Part shown: piece by piece, positions 16,666 to 26,451 of the stretch | How positions within the stretch are numbered: the stretch's first letter is position 1 | How the letters are laid out: every line of letters begins with the position of its first letter | Origin: Candidatus Peregrinibacteria bacterium RIFCSPLOWO2_01_FULL_39_12 | GTDB taxonomy: Bacteria > Patescibacteriota > Gracilibacteria > UBA1369 > LOWO2-01-FULL-3 | Direction: 5' to 3' | Length of the DNA stretch: 26,451 nt | Assembly: GCA_001787455.1 (NCBI GenBank) | Contig: MFXA01000026.1 | Span: forward strand, 1-26,451 | Notes under the pieces: generated by a model | Told to the model about the DNA's origin: nothing | What the model saw: only the letters and a program-made list of their open reading frames with translations | Database searches by the model: none | Program-made: the position numbers and the translations under genes

Positions 16666-17688
16666 CTAAAAATCCAAAGTCACTTCTCCGACAGGCAAAC
16701 CGCTTATAACCAAAGGACTTGGGGATGTACCTCCCTGAAAAGTTAAAAGACCCGTTACATGATGCCCGCCGGCAGCATCAGAAAACATTTTCCAAGCAAC
16801 CGCCGCTTGTCCATCCAGCTTAGACATCAACTTATAATCAAATCCTGTTAAGTCCTCGTTATGATTATCCAGAGTCAGAACAATAAATATATCTCCACCA
16901 ACCGGATTGATATCATTCAAATCATCACCGTATTTTCCTTTAAGCTCAGAATAATTTTCAGTTGTCACACGTTCAGCCTCAAAATTTATATAATCAACTT
17001 GTTGAGATGCCTTAGTTCCGACACTATCTCCTTCAGACACTTTTTCATCAGACACTTTTTCAGTCCCAACTTCAGGCTTCCCATTAGGATACTTCGCCGC
17101 GAAATCATCCTTATAAAGAACATTTCCGGATAATGTCAGTTCGGTAACATTGCCGCTAACAACATTACCACTGTGTCCATGTGAAGCCGCCGGTTTCTTG
17201 GCATAATTCCCATTGGAAACAGAACTGGTCGTAATTGTAATAAACCTATCAATAGGACCAACCGCATCCGGACCATGCGCAAGAGGATCAAAAACAGCTT
17301 TCACGGTAAATTCTTCACCCGGAGCAACAATACCTCCCCAATTTACGGCTTCATGCATACCAAAAGCCGGGGAAGGAGTAGAATCACTCAAAGTAATTGT
17401 CGCAGTCGTGCACATGCAGGATGTATTCGCGGTTTTAATTATCAAATCGCCATCCCCGTCATTTTTAAATTTGAATAATGGCGAATCCACATTCCCTCCC
17501 TGAATATCGATATCCCCCCAGTCAAAAGTAACATTCCCGAGAGGAACAATTTTACCGCTTTCGGTTTCGTCCAATCGCGTTATATCCACAGAACCACTGG
17601 AACTGCAGGCGGTAGCAACAAAAATAGCCGAAAGGACAGCACCGCCAAATAAAATTTTTCTGGCGTGATTTTTCAAAAATGTTTTCAT
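16666..17688 (-). CDS. putative lipoprotein with a DUF1573-like domain and His-containing C-terminal domain
   Basis: Lipobox-like VATA-C; TSCMCT and FDPLAHG; C-terminal LDNHNEDL and AGGHH. Confidence 0.7.
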   Translation of the reverse strand: MKTFLKNHARKILFGGAVLSAIFVATACSSSGSVDITRLDETESGKIVPLGNVTFDWGDIDIQGGNVDSPLFKFKNDGDGDLIIKTANTSCMCTTATITLSDSTPSPAFGMHEAVNWGGIVAPGEEFTVKAVFDPLAHGPDAVGPIDRFITITTSSVSNGNYAKKPAASHGHSGNVVSGNVTELTLSGNVLYKDDFAAKYPNGKPEVGTEKVSDEKVSEGDSVGTKASQQVDYINFEAERVTTENYSELKGKYGDDLNDINPVGGDIFIVLTLDNHNEDLTGFDYKLMSKLDGQAAVAWKMFSDAAGGHHVTGLLTFQGGTSPSPLVISGLPVGEVTLDF

Positions 17689-17709
17689 ATTAAAATTTTT
17701 AAAAGATAA

Positions 17710-17985
17710 TTATCTACCGGAAAGCTCCCATGATTTTACAATTTCCTTAATAAACTTTTGCCTTTCCACCGAATCTTTGGAAGTAAGTTTTTCCTTGGCG
17801 CAACTGTTTAAATGGCTTTCCAAAATAAGAGGACCAATCCCCTTCAATGAACCCTGAAAAGCCAAACTTTGCGTCAAAACATCCATGCAGTACTTGTCGT
17901 TTTCTATCATTCCCATAAGACCGTCAATTTGCCCTTTGGCTTTCTTCAGCCGATTTATGACTTTCGTTTTAAACGGATCAATCAT
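17710..17985 (-). CDS. csoR: CsoR/RcnR family metal-sensing repressor with a CsoR-type C-H-C signature
   Basis: NRLKKAKGQIDG...KYCMDVL...SHLNSC (Cys33, His58, Cys62). Confidence 0.85.
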   Translation of the reverse strand: MIDPFKTKVINRLKKAKGQIDGLMGMIENDKYCMDVLTQSLAFQGSLKGIGPLILESHLNSCAKEKLTSKDSVERQKFIKEIVKSWELSGR

Positions 17986-18021
17986 GGTTTTAAAATATTT
18001 AAGAATTACTGAGATATACGT

Positions 18022-18038
18022 ATACCCAGTATAGGTAT
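18022..18038. promoter_or_regulatory. putative CsoR operator
   Basis: 17-bp ATACC-CAGTATA-GGTAT pseudo-palindrome overlapping the -10 box upstream of csoR. Confidence 0.65.
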
Positions 18039-18056
18039 TAACACTCGCACAGTCAA
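18028..18056 (-). promoter_or_regulatory. sigma70 promoter of the csoR-copA cluster
   Basis: TTGACT(18056-18051)-N17-TATACT(18033-18028). Confidence 0.75.
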
Positions 18057-18069
18057 TAGGATAAATCCC

Positions 18070-18098
18070 TTGAATTACAAATTCCTTACTGGTAACAT
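18070..18098 (+). promoter_or_regulatory. putative promoter of hppA
   Basis: TTGAAT-N17-TAACAT with an extended TG at 18090-18091. Confidence 0.55.
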
Positions 18099-18126
18099 CT
18101 GGAAAGTTTCTTAACCTAACAAAATC

Positions 18127-20229
18127 ATGACAGACACTCTTTCAACCAACTATTATTTTTATTCCATTTTCGGAATAAGCTTGATCGGCCTTATTGCAGC
18201 CTATTTGCTTACTAGCCACGTTCTAAAACAAAGCACCGGAAACGAAAAAATGCAGGAAATTGCGGAAGCTATTAGGCAAGGTGCTATGGCCTTTTTGAAA
18301 AGACAATACACCACCATCTCGGTACTATCTATTGTTATGGCCGCTTTAATATTCTTCGCGTATTATTTGGGAGGGAAAAACTTATCATACGGATGGCACA
18401 CAGCGGTAGCATTCATGCTTGGCGCTATAGCATCGGGAATTTCGGGATTCGCAGGCATGTACGTATCTGTAAAAGCAAACTTGCGCACTGCCGCAGCAGC
18501 CGAATCAAGCATCAATCAGGCTTTAAAAGTTGCAATAAGAGGAGGAGCGGTTTCCGGAATACTTGTAGTCGCCCTTTCACTTCTTGGAGTTGGCGGACTT
18601 TTTTATTTTTACGGAGGGTTGGATAACCCTACTGAAGTTCCTTTACTTATAGTCGGATTCGGCTTTGGAGCTTCATTCGTTGCCTTATTCGCCCAGCTTG
18701 GAGGAGGAATCTACACAAAAGCTGCAGATGTTGGAGCGGACTTGGTTGGAAAAGTTGAATCGGGAATTCCCGAGGATGATCCTCGGAATCCGGCAGTTAT
18801 CGCAGACCTGGTTGGAGATAACGTAGGCGATTGCGCAGGTCGTGGCGCCGACTTATTTGAATCTACAGCGGCGGAAAATATAGGAGCAATGATACTTGGA
18901 ATCGCACTTTTTCCGACATTCGGATTAAAAGGAATTATATTCCCTCTTGTAGCACGCGCATTCGGACTCATCGCATCAATTATCGGAGTATTAACGGTTA
19001 AAATTAAGGAAAATCAGGATCCAATGAAAGGCTTGAATAAAGGTTACGCAGTAACAACATTCTTTGCGATTTTAGGATTTTTGGCTGCAACATACTTACT
19101 ATTAAACCCGACAGAACAACCTGTTTCCGCATTGCCGGTATGGCTATGGTACTTTTTGGCGGGAATGGTTGGCATCGTAACAAGCATCCTCTTTGTATAT
19201 ATCACCCAATACTATACAGAATACAAATACAGACCGGTTAAAGAAATTGCACAATCATCGGAAACCGGAGGCGCAACAAACATCATCAGCGGATTTGCAG
19301 TAGGGCTTGAATCTACAGGACTTCCGGTATTGGTTATTTCAGCCGCACTTTTGGGATCATATTTCCTTGGAAAATCATCCGGACTTGAATCCGGCGGATT
19401 ATATGGAACAGCTGTTGCGACAATGGGAATGCTGTCTACAGCCGCATATATTTTAGCGATGGACAATTTTGGTCCGATTACAGATAACGCCGGAGGAATC
19501 GTTGAGATGTCAAAATCTCCGGAAGAAATAAGAAAACGAACAGACCGTTTGGATTCAGTCGGGAACACAACAAAAGCATTAACCAAGGGATACGCCGTTG
19601 GATCTGCCGCATTGGCCGCATTCCTTCTTTTCTCAGCATACTTGGAAGAAGTGGGAATAGAATCAATAGATTTGGCAAAACCAATGGTATTTGTGGGAGG
19701 ATTACTCGGCGCAGTTTTAATATTTGTTTTCTCCGCATACGCAATTCGGGCAGTGAGCCGCGCAGCTTACTACATAATCAATGATGTAAGAGATCAATTC
19801 AAAAACCATCCGGGTATCATGCAAGGTACGGAAAAACCGAACTATGCAAGATGCGTAGACATCTGCACGAAAGGCGCATTAAAAGAGATGGTTCTTCCGG
19901 GCTTGCTTGCAGTAATAGTTCCAACAGCAATCGGATTTATACTTGGACCTGAGTCGGTTGGCGCAACCTTAATGGTCGGAACAATCGCAGGAATAATCCT
20001 TGCACTTCTTTTAAACAACAGCGGCGGTGCATGGGACAATGCCAAAAAGTACATTGAAACCGGCGCACACGGCGGGAAAGGCTCATTTGCGCACAAAGCG
20101 GCAGTAGTCGGAGATACCGTTGGAGATCCGTTCAAGGACACGGCAGGTCCATCTTTACACGTACTTATAAAATTACTATCAACTTTGACATTGGTACTCG
20201 CCCCACTCTTCTTGATACTGCATCAATAG
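18127..20229 (+). CDS. hppA: membrane-bound H+-translocating pyrophosphatase, K+-independent type
   Basis: GGIYTKAADVGADLVGKVE, DLVGDNVGD, GGAWDNAKK and GDTVGDPFKDT motifs; GNTTKA has Lys at the K+-dependence determinant. Confidence 0.93.
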   Translation: MTDTLSTNYYFYSIFGISLIGLIAAYLLTSHVLKQSTGNEKMQEIAEAIRQGAMAFLKRQYTTISVLSIVMAALIFFAYYLGGKNLSYGWHTAVAFMLGAIASGISGFAGMYVSVKANLRTAAAAESSINQALKVAIRGGAVSGILVVALSLLGVGGLFYFYGGLDNPTEVPLLIVGFGFGASFVALFAQLGGGIYTKAADVGADLVGKVESGIPEDDPRNPAVIADLVGDNVGDCAGRGADLFESTAAENIGAMILGIALFPTFGLKGIIFPLVARAFGLIASIIGVLTVKIKENQDPMKGLNKGYAVTTFFAILGFLAATYLLLNPTEQPVSALPVWLWYFLAGMVGIVTSILFVYITQYYTEYKYRPVKEIAQSSETGGATNIISGFAVGLESTGLPVLVISAALLGSYFLGKSSGLESGGLYGTAVATMGMLSTAAYILAMDNFGPITDNAGGIVEMSKSPEEIRKRTDRLDSVGNTTKALTKGYAVGSAALAAFLLFSAYLEEVGIESIDLAKPMVFVGGLLGAVLIFVFSAYAIRAVSRAAYYIINDVRDQFKNHPGIMQGTEKPNYARCVDICTKGALKEMVLPGLLAVIVPTAIGFILGPESVGATLMVGTIAGIILALLLNNSGGAWDNAKKYIETGAHGGKGSFAHKAAVVGDTVGDPFKDTAGPSLHVLIKLLSTLTLVLAPLFLILHQ

Positions 20230-20235
20230 GATTCA

Positions 20236-20382
20236 AGGCTTGTATAGCAGCCATGTTGAAGACAATCGCGAGGTTTCGCGGCCACGGACTCGCCACAGGC
20301 GAGGAGCGAAACCGAGCGCTTAGCGAAGCTTCACTCGGCGGGTGAAGCAAGCGTGTCTGAAACGTGGCTGCCATACAAGCCT
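20236..20382. repeat. 147-bp palindromic element with 22-bp imperfect terminal inverted repeats between convergent genes
   Basis: AGGCTTGTATAGCAGCCATGTT (20236-57) versus AACGTGGCTGCCATACAAGCCT (20361-82), 20/22 Watson-Crick pairs, with nested internal hairpins. Confidence 0.75.
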
Positions 20383-21277
20383 ACACCTTTACAATCTTAA
20401 TCCTCTTTTCCATCGATTTGGGATAGTCCTTATAAATCCCGACGCGATAATCCTTGTCTAACTGCAATTGATCATTCCCATATCTTCTAAATGCAGTTTC
20501 GGGATAATATTTAAGTTTCCCAATCGCCTCGAAAACTTTTTGAACATCCGAATACGCAAGAGAATCCTCAAGAAAATCATTATTATCAACTTCATGAAGA
20601 AGAATCAAAACAAGATACAAAGAAATCGTTAACACCCCAATAACAATACCAGCCAATACCTCGCCGGTGCGTAGCGTAAACAGCAAAAATACCAACGCGG
20701 AAGCCAAAGCCGTCAAAATAACCCAATGTATTCTATGAACAACCCGAGGAGCCGAAAACGCAACAGAATGGAGAGTTTTGATTAAACTAATCTTTGCTTC
20801 ATATAAATGATCTAACGCAACCATCCCTTTTGGGTCGGAAACCTTAACCTCGATAGAATCAACAACATCAATCACATCATGAAGCTCCTTGCGTGTTTTA
20901 TTTGCATATTCAAGCAACGGATAATCCACTGCCGCAATAAGATAAGCATCAATCACATCCCCAAGTTTTTTCTTCATCGAAGGTTGAACGGATACACCTA
21001 AACTGAAAAGCGCTATCAAGTAAGCAGTTTCTTCCGCCAAATGAGACTGTAGATTCAAATAATTAGCCGTAGCAGCAGCTATAAAAAAACCGACCAAAAT
21101 AACAAAAATCATAGAAAAGATAGTGGCAAAAGTAGACACGTCAAACCCAACCGCATAGACAGGAACAACAAACGGCAAACCAAATAGAACAACCGGAATC
21201 AAAAATTTAACAAAAACTTTTTTAACGACAAACAACATATCGGCTAAAAATATATCAATTTCAAACACCCATTTCAA
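20381..21277 (-). CDS. membrane protein, DUF4239/bestrophin-like possible; start may be ATG 21238
   Basis: 298 aa: N-terminal TMs, a helical soluble segment, then a second TM pair. Confidence 0.55.
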   Translation of the reverse strand: MKWVFEIDIFLADMLFVVKKVFVKFLIPVVLFGLPFVVPVYAVGFDVSTFATIFSMIFVILVGFFIAAATANYLNLQSHLAEETAYLIALFSLGVSVQPSMKKKLGDVIDAYLIAAVDYPLLEYANKTRKELHDVIDVVDSIEVKVSDPKGMVALDHLYEAKISLIKTLHSVAFSAPRVVHRIHWVILTALASALVFLLFTLRTGEVLAGIVIGVLTISLYLVLILLHEVDNNDFLEDSLAYSDVQKVFEAIGKLKYYPETAFRRYGNDQLQLDKDYRVGIYKDYPKSMEKRIKIVKV

Positions 21278-21279
21278 GA

Positions 21280-22038
21280 CTAATGATGAGCCGTTGTCGC
21301 TATCTTCAAAAAAACCAAAGTTAAAAAGGAAAACACAAGCGCCTGCACAAATCCGACAAAAAGCTCCAAGCCGTAAAAAGGAAGAGGCACCACATAAGGC
21401 ACCAAAAATGAAATAACCAAAAGCAAAACTTCTCCCGCAAAAACGTTTCCAAAAAGACGGAAAGAGAACGAAATCATTTTGGATAATTCCGAAACAAGCT
21501 CAAGGAATCCGACAAAACACCCGATAGGATCTCTAAAAGGATTAACAAAAAATTTACCGCCGTATTTCTTTAAACCAAGGAATGCAAATCCAAAAATCTG
21601 GATGGAAGTGACAGAAATCAATGCGAGAGCGAGAGTCATATTAACATCGGCATAAGTGGATCTTAAAATCGGAACAAACACTTCGTGCCCTTCATGCGTT
21701 TCCCAAATTCCAATACTTCCAAATCCGGGGAAAAGCCCCATCCAGTTTGAAATAATCACAAAGAAAAATATTGTCATCACAAGAGGAAAGAATTTGCGTG
21801 TTTTCTTCTCGTCACCCACTATCCCGTCAAAAAAATTGAAGAATCCGCCAATAAGAACTTCGGCAAGATTTTGAATCCCGCTCGGCACAAGAGCGTACTT
21901 CCTTCTTCTAACAAGCAGAGCTATAACAAGCCAAAAAACAATAGTCATCATGGATGCAATGAGAGTATTGCGAACCTCAAAACTTCCTATATGTGCAATT
22001 GTTTCTGACGCTAATGTTGGTGGTATAAATTCAGCCAT
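21280..22038 (-). CDS. atpB: F0 ATP synthase subunit a
   Basis: SFRLFGNVFAGE with the essential Arg; ELFVGFVQALVFSFLT. Confidence 0.93.
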   Translation of the reverse strand: MAEFIPPTLASETIAHIGSFEVRNTLIASMMTIVFWLVIALLVRRRKYALVPSGIQNLAEVLIGGFFNFFDGIVGDEKKTRKFFPLVMTIFFFVIISNWMGLFPGFGSIGIWETHEGHEVFVPILRSTYADVNMTLALALISVTSIQIFGFAFLGLKKYGGKFFVNPFRDPIGCFVGFLELVSELSKMISFSFRLFGNVFAGEVLLLVISFLVPYVVPLPFYGLELFVGFVQALVFSFLTLVFLKIATTAHH

Positions 22039-22053
22039 ATTATTTATTTATCA

Positions 22054-22323
22054 TTATTTTTTTGACCTTGGTTTGACACGGAATTGAGAACCGGCGATTA
22101 TATCCTTGGTTTTTCTGTAAACAACTATAAGTCCGGATGTCATAGCCAGTACAAATCCGACAAATATGAATATCGGAAACGTATTAAGCCATTTATCCAA
22201 TAACACTCCTCCAACTCCAAAAATCAGTATCGGCACAATAATCATATATCCAAGAGTGAGCGCAAGTCCGTAAGCCGACCAAACTTTCCCGTCAACCTTA
22301 TTTTTAATTTTTTTATCGTCCAT
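22054..22323 (-). CDS. AtpZ/AtpI-like protein
   Basis: 89 aa, two TMs, LGYMIIVPI...GVLLDKWLNT.P pattern; directly upstream of atpB. Confidence 0.75.
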   Translation of the reverse strand: MDDKKIKNKVDGKVWSAYGLALTLGYMIIVPILIFGVGGVLLDKWLNTFPIFIFVGFVLAMTSGLIVVYRKTKDIIAGSQFRVKPRSKK

Positions 22324-22344
22324 ATTTTTCTGGTATTTTGCGGG

Positions 22345-22785
22345 CTACTGTTCCATACTTCCCCTATGTCCACCTCTTCTATTTTTCCTCGACACCTTTA
22401 ATCTGGATAAAGCCCTTTCAAAATAAGCGACAGCTTCGGTATAACCCTCAGCATCCTGCCTCTTTTCTGTCATAAGTTTTCTAGCTTTTTCTTTTGCTTC
22501 CTCGGCGCGCTTCTCATCAATTTCTTCGGCACGTTCAGCCGCGTCGGTTAAAAGCATCATAGATTTTCCATCAACTTCCAAAACTCCTCTCGTCACAGAA
22601 AAATATTCAATATTCCCATCTTTTCTGATTTTTAATTCTCCCGGCTGAATCGCTGAAATAATAGGAACATGATTAGGCAAAACAGTAATTTCTCCCTGAA
22701 CCGTAGGAAAAGAAACACTTTCAACCTCGCTATCATAAATAACTTTTTCCGGCGTAACTATTTTTAAACCCATCTTTTTCTTCAT
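22345..22785 (-). CDS. atpC: F1 ATP synthase epsilon subunit
   Basis: LKIVTPEK, GEITVLPNHVP, AERAEEID motifs. Confidence 0.92.
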   Translation of the reverse strand: MKKKMGLKIVTPEKVIYDSEVESVSFPTVQGEITVLPNHVPIISAIQPGELKIRKDGNIEYFSVTRGVLEVDGKSMMLLTDAAERAEEIDEKRAEEAKEKARKLMTEKRQDAEGYTEAVAYFERALSRLKVSRKNRRGGHRGSMEQ

Positions 22786-22795
22786 ATAAAAATTT

Positions 22796-25082
<2,287 letters not shown>

Positions 25083-25098
<16 letters not shown>

Positions 25099-26451
25099 GA
25101 CAAAAAATCTTTAAGTGCTGATTTTAATCTTTCTTCAAGTTCGGGAGATAATTCCTTCTTCTCTTTTATTTCTTTCAAAATATCGGAATATTTCGCTTCA
25201 AAAAACTTATACAATTTTTCTTCGCATTCCTTAACTTGCATTACAGGAACTTTCTCGAAATAGTCGTTGATTCCCGCATACAAAACCACAACCTGTTTTT
25301 CAACGGAAATTGGAGCATACTGAGGCTGTTTCAAGATTTCGGTTAAACGATCACCTTTATTAAGCTGTTTTTGTGTAGCTTCATCCAAATCCGAGCCGAA
25401 CTGCGCGAAAACGGCAAGCTCACGATATTGCGCAAGCTCAAGTTTCAGTTTTCCTGCAACTTTTTTCATAGCTTTGATCTGAGCCGCAGAACCTACGCGG
25501 GAAACAGAAAGCCCAACATTAAGCGCAGGACGAATTCCTTTATAAAAAAGGTCGGATTCAAGATAAATTTGCCCGTCGGTAATTGAAATTACATTCGTAG
25601 GAATATACGCAGACACATCACCCGCTTGAGTTTCAATGATAGGCAGAGCCGTCAAAGAACCGCCTCCGGATTTTTCATCCAGCTTGCACGCGCGTTCAAG
25701 AAGTCTTGAATGAAGATAAAAAACATCTCCCGGATACGCCTCGCGTCCCGAAGGTCTTCTTAAAAGCAGTGAAACTTCGCGGTACGCCCACGCATGTTTT
25801 GAAAGATCATCATAAATTACAAGCACATCTTTTCCAAGATCCAAAAAATACTCACCCATTGCGCATCCGGCAAACGGAGCAAGATAAGTTAACGACGCAG
25901 GATCGGAAGCCGAAGTCCTGACAATCATCGTATACTCCATGGCTCCTCTTTTCTCCAACTCGGCAACAATTTTCGCAACCTTGGATTCTTTTTGCCCGAC
26001 AGCAACATAAACACAAATCATATTTTCACCTTTTTGATTTACAATCGCGTCAATTGCAACCGCAGTCTTTCCGGTTTGACGGTCACCAATAATAAGCTCG
26101 CGTTGTCCGCGCCCGATCGGAATCATGGAATCAATTGCCTTAATTCCTGTCTGCACGGGAGTATTAACAGACTTTCTTTTAATAACGCGGGGCGCAATCT
26201 TTTCAATCGGATAAAATTTGGACGTTTTTATTTCCCCCTTGCCGTCTTTCGGATTGCCAAGAGGATCAACAACACGCCCAATCAAAGCCTCCCCCACGGG
26301 AACAGACAAAATTTTGCCGGTTGTCTTAACCTCATCACCTTCTTTAATCCCTTTATCGCTTCCCAAAATAATCGCACCCACATTATCTTCCTCAAGATTA
26401 AGAGCAACACCCATCTGCCCGGAGGAAAATTCAATCATTTCCTGCGAAGCA
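25083..26451 (-). CDS. atpA: F1 ATP synthase alpha subunit, 5' end beyond the window
   Basis: [27 protein letters not shown] motifs; the frame is open to the window edge and the N-terminal ~50 residues are missing. Confidence 0.96.

Noticed and set aside
20165-20374. 69-aa ORF spanning the folded element
   Set aside because: It overlaps the hppA 3' end antisense and is best explained as an accidental open frame in GC-rich palindromic DNA.
20236-20382. SRP RNA, 6S RNA or simple terminator identity for the folded element
   Set aside because: I could not see the SRP helix-8 consensus on either strand, a 6S-type central bubble, a promoter or a U-tail. It is kept as an unexplained element pending an Rfam scan.

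Overview
This 26.5 kb window is AT-rich and gene-dense, and looks like a Patescibacteria/CPR bacterium, possibly Peregrinibacteria-like (inferred from gene families and AT-rich, SD-less starts). The standard code 11 fits. Left to right it holds: a truncated 4Fe-4S ferredoxin-like gene; two paralogous Cys-rich Zn-ribbon proteins flanking an EamA transporter and small membrane/secreted proteins; a decayed islet beside tRNA-Ser(CGA) (regulator remnant, MNT antitoxin, frameshifted HepT toxin, IS3-like end); an HD protein; rlmN; a ~9 kb, 10-gene minus-strand cluster from csoR to copA; a K+-independent H+-pyrophosphatase; and a rearranged F-type ATP synthase operon (atpA-G-D-C-I/Z-B). Two signals stand out. 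(1) The cluster is preceded by a sigma70 promoter overlapped by a CsoR-type operator and encodes many uncharacterised Cys/His-rich envelope proteins. These include a 57-aa ORF missed by the ORF track that ends in the same PDMVGGC-stop motif as its 389-aa neighbour, and a DUF1573/thioredoxin-like/CcdA fusion. Together they suggest an extracytoplasmic copper/redox handling system. (2) GC-rich palindromic (REP-like) elements occur in several places: two appear inserted in frame in proteins (RlmN and one Cys-rich paralog), and one is a 147-bp fully folded intergenic element. All calls come from reading the sequence and recalling family motifs; no searches were run.
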